NCBI GenBank assembly: GCA_964016885.1
Contig: OZ024741.1
Span: 116,746,001-116,810,000, forward strand
Direction: 5' to 3'
Source: Eledone cirrhosa
Lineage: Eukaryota
Length of the DNA: 64,000 bases
The position numbers and the translations under genes are program-made. The notes under the pieces were generated by a model. That model did no database searches. It had not been told where the DNA came from and saw only the letters and a program-made list of their open reading frames with translations. Shown here in pieces: positions 40,443 through 53,653 of this stretch (positions are counted from its first letter, which is position 1; every line of letters begins with the position of its first letter).

Positions 40443-40859
40443 TTATTTATCGTTTTCTGCATTTACGACAGCTTTCAGTTCGAAAAAACTAATTAGTGTT
40501 TTCATAGCAAATTGCCGGTCATCGTCACTAAATGTAGGCACCGAGTCTTCTACCCAGTCACAGAACTCCAAAATAATAGCGTCAATGAATTCCTCTATGA
40601 CGACCATTTCGTCTGGGGGTTGATATATAACAGGCTTTGCAATATACCGACTCTTTTTTGGCTTGGGAACAGCGTGGTGGGAGCTTTGCAGTTCTATCAG
40701 AGAGTTTGAAGCCGATATTTCAGCTTTCCTGCTAGACACAATCAATGCCAATGTTGTAGGCAGATTTTCTTGAACTTTTTTGGTGTCATTTAAGATGTTT
40801 GAGGTACTTTCTTTTATAATATTACCGTCAACGACATTATCATCTTCTTCTTCAGGCAT
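40443..40859 (-). CDS. Uncharacterised 138-aa protein, paralog of 23565-24002
   Basis: Intact ORF; shares EExIDxIIxxFxxWV..TLxSFFELKAVxNxE and an N-terminal ES..ND..LP pattern. Confidence 0.7.
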   Translation of the reverse strand: MPEEEDDNVVDGNIIKESTSNILNDTKKVQENLPTTLALIVSSRKAEISASNSLIELQSSHHAVPKPKKSRYIAKPVIYQPPDEMVVIEEFIDAIILEFCDWVEDSVPTFSDDDRQFAMKTLISFFELKAVVNAENDK

Positions 40860-41024
40860 ATTGCATTAAATTCACAAGTGCGGAATTAACGACGCGTTTG
40901 TAGAGGACTTCTGGTGAGGCGGGTAACAAGACCTGAATTTCAGGGGTAGCCCGCTCCTTACGTTTGTCATCCAATAAATAACAATTCAACAAATCACAGT
41001 TTGCTGTTATTTTGCTATACGCTA

Positions 41025-41085
<61 letters not shown>

Positions 41086-41150
41086 CGTGCTTGTGTCGCT
41101 TCAACTGGTCTTCAAAATTATATTAAAATTTTCTTTCTGGATGACAGTTT

Positions 41151-41396
41151 TTATCAACCAACCAGCTTTGCAACGCATCACACCGAAAGTAAAGATTTAT
41201 AAATACACACTCTCATACATCTCACATGCGCACGCACACCCACATTCACACGCACGCACACTCACACAGACGTACACACACACACACACACATACACACA
41301 CATATATATATATATATATTAGCTATTGTCATTATGACGTAGACGACAAATACAGAAAATTATTGATTCAATGTGTTCGTTCTGACATATATGGTA
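41151..41396 (-). promoter_or_regulatory. Conserved upstream block of paralog 2
   Basis: Aligns with 24456-24612; TGACGT site; TATTTATAAA on the - strand near 41200. Confidence 0.5.
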
Positions 41397-42037
41397 AATA
41401 TGTATAAAGACATTACATACATGTACACATGCAAATGCATAGACAGACGCACACAAAATTGTGCCCACACATTCATACATTCAAACATAGACACACATAA
41501 TTGCGCACATATATTCATGCAAATCTGAATACATTCACACATATACACACATATATACAAACGTGAGCACACATATTCATACAAGCCCGAATACATTCAC
41601 ACATATATACACACATATATACAAACGTGAGCACACATATTCATACAAGCCCGAATACATTCACTCATGGATATAAAGAGAGCCACTGCTCTTTTCTTAT
41701 TTGTTTACTGCTGTTTCAGTTTAAACGAATTGACGTATTTGCTTAAATTCAAATAAAAGTTATTTAACCAGAAGATCGTAAAAGAGTAAATAAAAGAAAA
41801 AGAGAGGTTATATGTCTTAATCCGTATGGTGAGCAAATGGGGTCCCACGTGCTGCCCCCCCCCCCCCCCCCGCGGACAGAATGGAGAAGGCGTTTCTCCG
41901 GAGGATGGTAAGGGAGATGCGCTGGAAGAGCCATTCCAACTCACGAGGCTCACACCTACGACTGGTCAACTCAGCGCCTATGGTGGTGAATAGGGAGGTA
42001 GCCTAGGCCCAAAGACACCAGAAGTCTCCACTGTCAA

Positions 42038-45000
42038 GGGCAGACCATCCAAACCAGGCGATTAATCCCTTGTGCAGCCAGTCATTGCCTCCCGTACTTC
42101 AGCGGCTGTTATCGGCTTTTCGCAACACTCCGCCTCAGTGGCTGAGAGCCGCGGCAGTCCGTCGATGTAGGCACTAAAGTCCATCCCTCCGCTGCCTCCG
42201 AATAGCTGAGCGAAGTGTCGCTGAAAAGCTTCACACATTTTCCCGGGATCGAGTATCATGCGCCCGTCGTGGTCCACCAAAGACCGGATCGTGGCTTTGT
42301 TGCCACGACGCGCCTCCGCCACTCGAACCCATTGAACGGCTTTCGTCCCCTCGTGTCTGAGAGCACGCACCCTAGCTCTGAAAACGCAGTCTTCGTGCTT
42401 TGCATTGAAGAATTGGTCAAGGGCCAATTTCGCCGCAAGTACATCGGTCGCGATGCCTTTACTAAGCGCCTCGTCTAATTTTCTAACTAGTTCTCCCTCT
42501 GCTCTATTTTTCTCTATTGCTAAAGCCTTACTAAACCTAATGGACTCTATTCTAATCGCTCTTTTCAGAGCAAACCACCATTTGTTGTTGACGATGATCC
42601 CAGTCAACGCCCGCTTAACTGATTCGCTAATCTGGTCTCCGTAGGACTTGCGCGCTGTTAACGACGCGTTTAGCTTCCGGTAGCCGGGTCCCTGTCTATG
42701 AAGCCTATCTAAGTCAACCTCACAGATCACGAATTTGTGGTCCGTGTAGTCGACTATTTTGAAATATGGACAGCCTATGCTAGATCTATCTATTTCCCTA
42801 CAAAATACCCTATCTAGATATGATCTGATCTGGATGACCCGATACGGTTTGTCCATGTCCACATTGGCACATTCGGGAAATCCAGACGGTACCTGTCTGA
42901 CAGTTGAAACCGTCTGAGCAGGTTTGCGAGGCTTTTACACCCTCCTCCCCTATCCACTAATTCCACACAGTCCCAGCGTGCATCTAAGATCCCGTTCCAG
43001 TCGCTCACTAACACTAAAGAGCGGGACGTTCCAAGAAAGGTCTCCAGACGCCGGAAGAAATCAGGCCGCCCTGCTCCTGTCGAGGCATAGACGGCCACTA
43101 GCCTGAAAGCTTGCCCGTCTCCGCTGATCACGTCCAGCACCACCAACTTACCTTCTGGGTCCAGGAAGATGGCCCGTATGGCGAGATCCAAACCTCTCCG
43201 AAAAAGCACAGCAACTCCTCCCCCCGATCCATCATAGCCGCCGAAGATCGGTGCGAAGACTCGTGCTTCGGAGATTCTGGTCTCGCTGATGGCCACCACA
43301 TCTATATTTAGTGACCTGAGGTCGTTGAGCAAGTGGTCGTTGAGCAGGAGGTCATGTTGAAAAGGAATGGAAAAAGATGGGAAAGGCCACTTACTTCACT
43401 TCTCGTAGAGGGAGGATGGTTTGTCCATCCTTCTCACTGCATGTGGCCTCTTCCGGAAGGATGTACTTATAACTCCTCCCGGAGAGTGTTTGTTGGAAGT
43501 CTCCGATGTCCTTTGGGAATATTTGTTTTAGTGTCGAGTACGTTTTCTGTGTGATGCGAGTGATTTGTATGTGTGGAGATGGTGTGAATTTTTGGGGTGT
43601 TGTGTAGTCTTTTTCTGTGATGCTGGTATTGTGTTGGATGTAGTGTAATAATTGGTTGTTGTTTAAATTTAATGCTGTGTAGTGTGTATCGTTTTGGTTG
43701 TTTTGTTTTGTTTGCGTTTGTTGTGGGTTTGTTTCTGTTTCGCTTTTTGGTGATTTTTGTGGTGTTGGTGATGTGGTTGTGGGGTTAATGGTGGTGATGG
43801 TGTTGGTGTTTGTGGTGATGGGGCTGGTGATACGGGTGTGTATGGTGGCATAGCTGTCTTAACTTTTTTGTTTGTTTGCTTATTTGTTTCCCCCTGCATT
43901 TTATTTTTGGAGGCCGAAGGAAGAGGATTTTTTCTTTTTGGGGTTCTTTTTTCTTTTTCTTTTTTCCTGATACCATTTCCCACTCCTCCTCATCGTCACA
44001 ATCTGTCTCCAGTTGGGATAGGTCGAGGAGTGGAGAATCCTCCACAGGCGTTGGTTTTGGTTGTGGCGTGGTGGATGGTGGAGGCGCTGGTGCTAATTCT
44101 GGCGCGGTGGGTGGTGATGGTGTTGGTTTTGCTACTGTTGCTGGGGTTGTTGCTGTTACAGTTGCTTCTGTTGTTGCTGCTACAGTTGTTGCTGCCATTT
44201 CTGCTGCTGGTGGTTTTGATGGTTGAGTGACTGGGGTGAGTAGGAGAGGTGGCCTCAACTTTTTAGCCTGAGGGCAGAAAGCCTTTAGGTGGGTTCCTTC
44301 GCCACAAACGACACACCTAGGCATTCTACCCCAAACGAATACGGTGAGGTGGCTGCCGTCATTGAGGGCTATCACCTCTGGAATTTCCTCAATGTTTTTT
44401 TGGTCCGCTTGGATCAGGAGCTCCATCCCAGATCCGGACCAGTTCTCCTGCTTTTCTTTTGTTACCTCAATCATTTTCGTGTTGACCTCGATGCCGGCGA
44501 GGGCGGCAGCCATTAGCCAGAGAATTTCGATGGCCGGTGGAACGTGGGTCACCCTGATCTTCACGAGTCTCTGACCACAATAGCTTGGGACGAGTGTGAA
44601 CTCGTCACTTCTTAATGGGGCCATGGAGTGTTCTCTAGCCTCCTGTGGTGTTTCAAAGAACACGTCCACGGTTCCATACTTCTGCCCACGTCTGATGTGG
44701 GTTTTTTTTGCCACACATGTCCCAAAGCTTTTTGTATCTGGGACTCGGATGCCTGTTCCACTCGGCGTGATTTTGTGTTTATCGTCCGATATGACACGGT
44801 GCATAGGCGTCGATGCTACATTTTATTAGATGGGGGGGGGGGGGGGACTGACCCTGTACCCATCTTTTTTTACCATTCTCTCGGCTTCATTTAATTCATC
44901 CTGGCTTACCTCGATTGTTTCGCTTTTCTTGGCTGCTTTGGCAAACGACACATTTTGTTTTGCGTTGGTGTTGATGTTGTTGTTATTCTTATTGTTGTTG

Positions 45001-45566
45001 TTGCTGCTGCTGTTATTATTGTTATTTTTAGTTTCAGTTGTGGTGGTGGTGGTGGTGGTGTCAGTGGTGTTCGGCGTGGAAGAGTCGAATCTGGGTGAAT
45101 CCATTTCGATGTCACGAGATAATAATAATTTTTTTTTTGTTTTTGTTGTCGCTGTGGTGGCGGTAGGAGTAGCGGCTTTAACACCTGCAGTTATTGGTAA
45201 TAGCGGGAAATGAGTGTCTGCATGTGATAAATTTAAATTATTGCCACTGCTTTATTTTTAGTGTTGGCAACCGTACTAATGTTTACAATGGTGGTGTTGG
45301 TGTTAGTTTGGGAGGAAGGCTGTTAGCTTTGTGTGGATGAGAGCCGTCCATGTTTTTTTTTCAAAGAAAGTTTTTGTTTCATAATTATAAAAGTTTAAAT
45401 TTTGGGCTCAAGGCCCCAAATTTTTTAGTGCCCTTTTCAGAAAGCAATATATGTGAACTTATAAACACTTAACAACAAAAATTTTCTATAACTGGCAATT
45501 TGAAACAACTGAAAACAACAAACCTTTGCGGAGCTCACGATAATACGATTTCCTACGTAGGTCACC
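42038..45566 (-). mobile_element. Decayed, 3'-truncated Tx1-clade LINE
   Basis: Frameshifted homolog of 49957-55842 (ORF1 knuckle CVVCGEGTHLKAFC, APE fragments); 5' end abuts (TAA)n. Confidence 0.9.
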
Positions 45567-45578
45567 AATAATAATAAT

Positions 45579-45620
<42 letters not shown>

Positions 45621-45623
<3 letters not shown>

Positions 45624-48600
45624 GAAATCCTTGAGGCTTTCTACACTGCCATGTACTACCCATCAAATACATCGAATACAGAACAGAGATATATCAACTG
45701 GAAAAAGAAACATCACGAAAACAGAGGCTATATTGACAGTAACAAACTAGCCAATATACGAAGAAATATTGTTAAAAAAAAGTTACTAACTGATTTAGAA
45801 ATTGATCAGATCAAGCTATTAGCACAAAGTCAGCGAAGGGAAAATGAAACATGTGTCAGTGAAAACGAGGTAAATTGTAACACTTCGAATCCCAGGGTTG
45901 GGGCGGAATCACTGGCAACAGAACAAATTAAAGAAAGGATCGAAAAAGTGGAGGGAGTGCATGCTCAAGATGAAACTCCAAATGAAAATAATGAGATCGT
46001 AAATGATAAAGAAATGAATGAGAATGAACTTGCCAACTTGAAGGATGAAATTATGATCGAATGGATGAAAATGAAAGAATCTGACATGGGGCAACGAGAT
46101 ACCCTCCCTAAAATCCAGAACTCCAAACAGAACCAAAAGATAATACACAAGACTAACATAATTCTCAAAAACATTATCATCACAAACAAATTAAACATTA
46201 CTGATTTAAATCATCTCTATTATGCATCGGCTAAAGTCACCACTCACTTATGTGGAGGGAAGATGAAAAAACAAAGGAATTCCCACAAGAAATCTACTTG
46301 GCAAGAGAACATCAATCGCCAAATAAACCTTCTCCGATCTGACATAGAAATTTTAACAAACTATAAAGTAGGTGAACATGTTAAACAAACTAAACTTAGA
46401 AAATTGAAAAAAAAGTACAGTATAAAATCAACATGTGACATAGACATGCTGATAGAAATAATCAAGCAAAAAGTGTCGGCCAAAGCTGCTCGTATAAGGC
46501 GCTTTGAAAAACGATCTAGATTCTATAAGGACAATAATATGTTCAAAAACAACCAAAGAAACTTCTACAGAAAAATTGGTAAGTCAACAATAACTGCTAA
46601 ATCAATACCACCCAAGGAGGAAGTGCAAGAATTCTGGGAAAAGATCTGGGCCGAAGAAAAAGTTCATAACATACATGCCCCATGGATAGACAGAGAAATG
46701 AAAGATACAGCTCACCTTGAGGAACAAATATGGGAAAACATAACAGTTGAACAGTTGCGCTTGGCTCTAAGAAAAACTAGCAAATGGAAATCCCCAGGAA
46801 AAGACAAAATACAAAATTTTTTGATAAATGCCTTCACAGAGTCTCATGAGCTGTTAGCCCAACTTTACAATGAAATAGTTAAGGAGCCAGAAAAGATACC
46901 ATCATGGCTAGTTAACGGCATTACATTCCTGCTTCCGAAGAATGATGAGACAAACAATCCCAAAAATTACAGACCGATAACTTGTTTGACCACAATGTAT
47001 AACATTTTAACATCAGTCCTAACTGAATACACATATGACCACCTGATAACAAATGACCTATTTATCATTGAGCAGAGAGGGTGTAAACGAGGCTCATATG
47101 GCTGTAAAGATCAGCTTTTGGTTAACAAAATGATACTGGAAGATTGTCATAATAGACACAAAAATCTATCAATTGCTTGGATAGATTATAAAAAAGCATT
47201 CGATAGTTTGCCACACAGTTGGATTGAAAAATGTTTAGAGATTTTCAAAATATCCCCTGTTGTCAGGAGGTTTTTGTCATTCAGTATGAAGACATGGAAA
47301 ACGACACTCCTTTTGAATAGTGAAACAAAATCACTGGAAGCTGGAGAAGTTAATATTAATTGTGGAATTTTTCAGGGTGACTCTTTATCACCGCTTTTAT
47401 TCTGCATCGCACTTATACCATTAAGTAAAATGCTCAATGAAACAAAACATGGATATAGAGTCTATGACAAAACCATTAATCACTTGTTCTACATGGATGA
47501 CCTGAAACTATTTGCAAAAAATGATGAACAATTGCAAGGGCTATTATCCACTGTGAAGCAGTTCAGTGATGACATTAAAATGGAGTTTGGACTAGATAAA
47601 TGCGCCAAAGCAACGTTCACCAGAAGAAAGCTGCTGAAGAGTTCAGACATTAATCTTGATCGGGGGAACGTGATAAGAGAACTTGATCAAGAAAAAACTT
47701 ACAAATATCTAGGTGTTTGTGAAGGAGACGGAATCAAGCACTCGACAATGAGGGAAAGGATAAGGAAGGAATGTTACCGCAGAGTAAGAGCAATCTTAAG
47801 AACGGAATTGAATGCAAGGAATAGGATCGATGCCATAAACACGCTTGCCATACCAGTAGTAACCTACAGTTACAATGTCATCAACTGGTCAAGCACAGAG
47901 ATCCGTAGGCTCGATACAAAAATTCGAAAATTCTTAACCATGCACAGAATGCATCACCCTAAGGCAGATATAGATAGAATATATCTCCCTAGGAAAGAAG
48001 GAGGACGTGGGTTAGTCCAGTTAGACATTGCGTTGAAAACTGCAACAATTGGATTATCTACATATCTAAGGGAATCACATGATTGGATGATCAAACTCGT
48101 TTTGAAACACGAAAGCATCAAAAGATCATATTCCATTACAAAAGATGCACAAAGATACAGTAATGGACTACAAATTTCAGAAGTCCCATTTACTGCTGAA
48201 TGGAAAACACAGAAAAAGCAAAGCAGGTAAAAGTAACTGCAAAGAAAGAACTGCTACAGAAACTGGCTAAGAAATGGCAAGAAAAGCCTCTGTATGGAAA
48301 ATACCCAGAGCGAGCTAACAATCCTGATGTTGACAAAACTTTAACCCATCAGTGGTTGGCATCCTCTGGACTGAAATCAGAGAGTGAGGGACTGATTATA
48401 TCAGCACAAGATCAGTGTCTGCCAACAAAAAATTACCAAGCCAACATAATAAAAAATGCATGCAGCCCATTATGCCGTGTATGCAAAAAACAACCAGAGA
48501 CCATTGACCATATAATTTCAATGTGCAGTCCTATAGCTCCAACCGAATACCTAAACAGGCATGACAGAGCTGCACAATACATACATTGGATAATGTGTAA

Positions 48601-49156
48601 GCATTTTGACTTGCCCCATCAAAAGAATTGGTGGGAGCATCAACCACCTCCCATACCTGAAAAAGATCACATCTCAATCTTGTGGAACTTTAGCATCCAA
48701 ACAGACCGAAAAATAGATGCAAATAGACATGATATAATATTGAAGGACTTTAAAAAGAGGGTATGCCTGCTAATTGATATGTCCGTTCCAATAGACAAGA
48801 ATGTATCTATAAAAACATTTGGAGATAGAAATTGGAAAAATGTGGAAATTGAGAACTAAAACAATACCAGTGGTTGTAGGCACTCTGGGAATGATACCTA
48901 AGGGGTCTAATGATTACTTATCGCAAATCCCAGGAAACCTGCGTATAGGAGAAATACAAAAGATAGTACTAATGGGAACTGCCCATATACTAAGGAAGAT
49001 TCTGTCAATATAAGTACATCACAAGTCTAAACACCTAAAGATGCATGTGTGAGTATGTATGTTCTTTCTTGAACATGGCGGACCTTGTTGTCTCTTGAGG
49101 TCACTGGTTGTGACTTGGTGATAACTCGTATGAACATAAAGCAAGATAAATGCAAC

Positions 49157-49157
<1 letters not shown>
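45621..49157 (+). mobile_element. Near full-length R4/Dong-type LINE (family A), frameshifted
   Basis: [28 protein letters not shown]; CRVCKKQPETIDHIISMC, RHD, RLE; frameshift near 48215 and deletion near 48820; (TAA)n at both ends. Confidence 0.9.
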
Positions 49158-49189
<32 letters not shown>

Positions 49190-49902
49190 CTGGCACCTGT
49201 GCAAAGTAAACAATTTACCACATTCTGAGAAATGGTATGAGCATAGGCCAGAGGCGGTGATGGAGAACAATCAGGTGAAGGTGCTGTGGGATTTTAGGAT
49301 ACAGACGGACAAAAAACTGGAACACAATAGACCTGACCTGGTGGTTGTGGACAAAGAAAAAAGATCGTGCCTGATTGTGGATGTGGCCTGCCCGTTCGAC
49401 ACGAGAGTGCAAGAGAAGGAGAGGGAGAAAATTAACCGATACCAGGACCTAAAGTGGGAGGTGAAAAGGATTTGGAACTGCCATGAAGTCAAAGTGATCC
49501 CGATTGTCATAGGCGCACTGGGGACTATCTCCAAAAGTTTCCAGGGATGGTTAAAGAAAATCGGCCCCTTCACGCTTTTTGGAACGCTTCAAAAGGCATG
49601 CTTGCTTGGAACAGCAAGAACCCTCCGATACGTCCTGAATATCTGAGGCTGCAGGTAGTGGCTTGATATTCAATCCAACGGACTTTCCAGTTAACCAACA
49701 TCAATGACTGAGATTCAAGGAATAACAATAACAATAAGGTAATAATAATAAAGGTACCACAGTTCTGATAATGAAAGACCGAATCAAGGGTAATGATGTT
49801 ACCAACTATAGACCTATCACATGGCGGACCTTGTTGTCTCTTGAGGTCACTGGTTGTGACTTGGTGATAACTCGTATGAACATAAAGCAAGATAAATGCA
49901 AC

Positions 49903-49905
<3 letters not shown>
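49190..49905 (+). mobile_element. Family B 3' fragment followed by a B/A chimeric fragment
   Basis: 49190-49734 matches 57437-57981; 49734-49823 matches 55864-55954; 49819-49905 matches the family A 3' UTR. Confidence 0.85.
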
Positions 49906-49957
<52 letters not shown>

Positions 49958-50199
49958 TTTTCTTTATTAACCACAAGGGTTCACATAAAGTAGACATTAA
50001 GGACAGTACAGGACAATACAGGACGGTACAAATGGGCATTTCTGCGTGTAAAAAAACAGAGGTTGAAATAAAATAACAAAGAAAAATTCCCCAATAGGGG
50101 GGAGACTTCCAAGGGACATTTGTGGAGAAAGCCCATTAAAAGACCACAGTGGCCCTGACCACCAGGGCAAGTGCCTTCTCCCAGTTTTCCACCTTTAAT

Positions 50200-53100
50200 T
50201 TACAGACACATACTCAGAGAAGGCCCATTCATTCGGGCCATACTTGCTTCTCTCACCCATCTTTCAACAAAATGCTGGGAAGAGAGCACTTCCCTCTCTA
50301 CCCTGATTTTCCTTTTCAAATGAAATTTGAAAAAGTTAATCAGGGCATCACCGAAGAGGTAAGTGCTCGTCTTCAGCCCTTTCAAACGTGTCCACCATAC
50401 TATCTCTTTCGCCATGGCCACCAGACAGATAAAAACTGCCTGCCCTTCCAGGCTAAAGGAAGGGGGTGGGGCAATCCTCACGATGGACTCAGCTGATAGC
50501 TGGATCCGTCCTACACGTGACAGCAGGTGTTCGACATAAACCCACAAGTCAGCAATGCTCGGACACTGGACGAGTGCGTGCAGGACGGTTTCGTCGCCCT
50601 GCGCGCATCTCGGACATGCCCGGCTGACGGCACCTCCATGCCTGTAGAGTTTAACCCGAACTGGCAAAGCTCCTCGGTAGCACTGCCAGGCCAGGGATTT
50701 CTGGAAGTTGTTCATAGGCCCCGGCCCGAAAGTCCTTCCGAAGAGATTGGCTAGTTGATTTTCGTCGACGCCTAGAGTTTCTCCAAGTACGTCGTCGCTC
50801 TTCCCCTCCACTAATCCCCTATAGAACGCCAAGGTGGAGTTTCCACCGATCACATTGCCCGATTGGTCGAGGGCTGTGAGCGCCTGAAGACATTCCAGTC
50901 TCCAAGCGCTCCCTCTCGGTCTTCGCTTGACCCAGGACTGCAGCTCCGTCAAGGAGACGAGCTGGGGAAAAACGTGTCTTGCAAACGGCGACCACACCTG
51001 ATCACCGTCGAGGAAGAGGTGGAGATGTCGTAGCCTGAGCGCGTGTCTGCGCATCATCAGCCACGGCATGCCCAGCCCTCCACGTAGCGGGTGTTGACAG
51101 CAGATGGACCGCCTGACCATCGGAGCGCGTCCCTTCCACAAGAAGCGAAAGAGCAAACGCTCCAGCGCAGTCAGGCGGGGCTTAGGACAAGGTACGACGG
51201 TCAGGCGGTAGTAGATGACGGATGCGATGTATGCATTCGCCACCTCCGCTCGACCTTTTAGGGATAGCTTCCTCTCGGCCCATTTCTGGGTGAGAGAAGC
51301 CACCCTGCTCGTCACCTCGTCCCAGTTTTTGTCCGTCTGGAGGTCTGGACCGAACCAGACCCCTAGCAATTTAACCGGTCCGTCCGTCCAGCGCCCGACG
51401 ACGCTGTTGGACGGCATGGACCTGCCTCTCCAGGTGCCGAGCTGCAGGCCCACTGACTTTTCCTGGTTGATCATTGCTCCTGTCACCGCTTCGTATTCTC
51501 TTAGTGTAGTGCCGATCGCCTCGATGTGTTTGGCGTTCGACACCACTACGGTGACATCGTCGGCATATGCTGACACGGATCTTCCGCATCCTAGTTCGCG
51601 CGGGACCCCCCTCAACGTCTCCAGTTTGTGCAGTAATGGCTCGAGAGTCAATACGTACAATAGGGACGAGAGGGGACATCCTTGGCGGACCGAGCGCATG
51701 ATGTTGAACGGTTCCGAAAGGTGACCGTTCACTCTCACCACAGAGCAGATGTCGCTGTGCATGGCAGCGATCCAGCCTCTGAAGACGGGCCCAAAGCCAG
51801 CCGCCCTCAGAACTGCCGCTAGGTAACGATGGTCGACCCTATCGAAGGCTTTCGACTGATCTAAATTGATCAAAGACCCACCTGTGCCAGGTTCCCTAGC
51901 TACCCTCTCTACGATGTATCGCATGAGGTGGAGGTTGTCGTGGATGGATTTGTCGGGAATGGCGCATGTCTGTGCCTCTCCCACCAGACCACCAACGACA
52001 AGCGCCAACCTCTTTGCTAGCACCTTGGCCAAAATCTTGAACTCTGTGTTTAGCAGAGTTATGGGCCTAAAATTATCTATGTTATCCCCCTTGTTCGGAT
52101 CCTTTCTCAGCAGCGCCACCGCTCCTCGGCTCACAGAGCTGGGAATTCTCCCGTTCTGTTGCCAGTTGCAGTAGACGTCCGCCAAGAGGCCTCCGAACAA
52201 GTTTGGCATTTGTACGTAAAGTTCATAGGGCAGGCCATCCAAACCAGGCGATTTGCCCCTTGTGCAACTAGTCATTGCATCCCGTACTTCAGCGGTTGTT
52301 ATCGGCTTTTCGCAACACTCCGCCTCAGTGGCCGAAAGCCGCGGCAGTCCGTCGAGGTAGACACTAAAGTCCATCTCTCGATCCGGCCCGCCACTGCCCC
52401 CGAACAGTTGAGCGAAGTGTCGCTGAAAAGCTTCACACATTTGCCCGGGATCGAGTAGCATGCGCCCGTCGTGGTCCACCAAAGACCGGATCGTGGCTTT
52501 GTTGCCACGACGCGCCTCCGCCACTCGGGCCCATTCAACGGCTTTCGTCCCCTCGTGTCTGAGAGCACGCACCCTAGCTCTGACAACGCAGCCTTCGTGC
52601 TTTGCATTGAAGAATTGGTCAAGGGCCAATTTCGCCGCAAGTACGTCGGTCGCGATGCCTTTGCTAAGCGCCTCATCTAATTTTCTAACTAATTCTCCCT
52701 CTGCTCTATTTTTCTCTATTGCTAAAGTCTTACTAAACCTAATGGACTCTATTCTAATTGCTCTTTTCAGAGCAAACCACCACTTGTTGTTGACGATGGC
52801 CCCCGTCAACGCCCGCTTAACTAGTTCGCTAATCCGGTCTCTGTAGGCCTTGCGCGCTGGTAAGGACGCGTTTAGCTTCCAGTAGCCGGGTCCTCGTCTA
52901 TGAAGCCTATCTAAGTCAAGCACACAGATCACGAATTTGTGGTCCGTGTAGCTGACTATCTTGAATTGTGGACAGCCTATGCTAGACCTATCTATTTCCC
53001 TACAAAATACTCTATCTAGATATGATCTGGATGACCCTATGCGATTTGTCCAAGTCCACATTGGTACATTCGGGAAATCCATTCGGTACCTGTCAGACAG

Positions 53101-53619
53101 TTCAAAACGTCTGAGCAGGTTGGTGAGACTCTTGCACCCTCCTTCCCTATCCACTAATCCCACACAATCCCAGCGTACATCTAAGATCCCGTTCCAGTCG
53201 CCCACTAACACTAAAGAGCGGGACGTTCCAAGAAAGGTCTCCAGACGCCGGAAGAAATCAGGCCGCCCTGCTCCTGTCGGGGCATAGACGGCCACTAACC
53301 TGAAAGCTTGCCCGTCTCCGCTGGTCACGTCCAGCACCACCAACTTACCTTCTGGGTCCAGGAAGATGGCCCGTATGGCAAGATCCAAACCTCTCCGAAA
53401 AAGCACAGCAACTCCTCCCCCCGATCCCGGACGGCTGGGAGATGCGTACATATCGTAGCCGCCGAAGATCGGTGCGAAAGCCTGTGCTTCTGAGATTCTG
53501 GTCTCGCTGATGGCCACTACATCTATGTTTAGTGACCTGAGGTCGTTGAGCAGGTGGCCCTGCTTCCATGACGACCCCAAGCCACGCGCATTTATGCTGC
53601 CTATTCTGAGTGAGGTCAT
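50200..53619 (-). CDS. ORF2: APE endonuclease, reverse transcriptase, C-terminal Cys motif (1139 aa)
   Basis: SINARGL, ISETR, GDWN, YLDRVF, TDHK; NFRPITLLN, RQGCPLS, YADD; CPRC..ETVLHALVQC. Confidence 0.95.
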   Translation of the reverse strand: MTSLRIGSINARGLGSSWKQGHLLNDLRSLNIDVVAISETRISEAQAFAPIFGGYDMYASPSRPGSGGGVAVLFRRGLDLAIRAIFLDPEGKLVVLDVTSGDGQAFRLVAVYAPTGAGRPDFFRRLETFLGTSRSLVLVGDWNGILDVRWDCVGLVDREGGCKSLTNLLRRFELSDRYRMDFPNVPMWTWTNRIGSSRSYLDRVFCREIDRSSIGCPQFKIVSYTDHKFVICVLDLDRLHRRGPGYWKLNASLPARKAYRDRISELVKRALTGAIVNNKWWFALKRAIRIESIRFSKTLAIEKNRAEGELVRKLDEALSKGIATDVLAAKLALDQFFNAKHEGCVVRARVRALRHEGTKAVEWARVAEARRGNKATIRSLVDHDGRMLLDPGQMCEAFQRHFAQLFGGSGGPDREMDFSVYLDGLPRLSATEAECCEKPITTAEVRDAMTSCTRGKSPGLDGLPYELYVQMPNLFGGLLADVYCNWQQNGRIPSSVSRGAVALLRKDPNKGDNIDNFRPITLLNTEFKILAKVLAKRLALVVGGLVGEAQTCAIPDKSIHDNLHLMRYIVERVAREPGTGGSLINLDQSKAFDRVDHRYLAAVLRAAGFGPVFRGWIAAMHSDICSVVRVNGHLSEPFNIMRSVRQGCPLSSLLYVLTLEPLLHKLETLRGVPRELGCGRSVSAYADDVTVVVSNAKHIEAIGTTLREYEAVTGAMINQEKSVGLQLGTWRGRSMPSNSVVGRWTDGPVKLLGVWFGPDLQTDKNWDEVTSRVASLTQKWAERKLSLKGRAEVANAYIASVIYYRLTVVPCPKPRLTALERLLFRFLWKGRAPMVRRSICCQHPLRGGLGMPWLMMRRHALRLRHLHLFLDGDQVWSPFARHVFPQLVSLTELQSWVKRRPRGSAWRLECLQALTALDQSGNVIGGNSTLAFYRGLVEGKSDDVLGETLGVDENQLANLFGRTFGPGPMNNFQKSLAWQCYRGALPVRVKLYRHGGAVSRACPRCAQGDETVLHALVQCPSIADLWVYVEHLLSRVGRIQLSAESIVRIAPPPSFSLEGQAVFICLVAMAKEIVWWTRLKGLKTSTYLFGDALINFFKFHLKRKIRVEREVLSSQHFVERWVREASMARMNGPSLSMCL

Positions 53620-53653
53620 GTTGAAAAGGAGTGGAAAAGATGGGAAAGACCAC

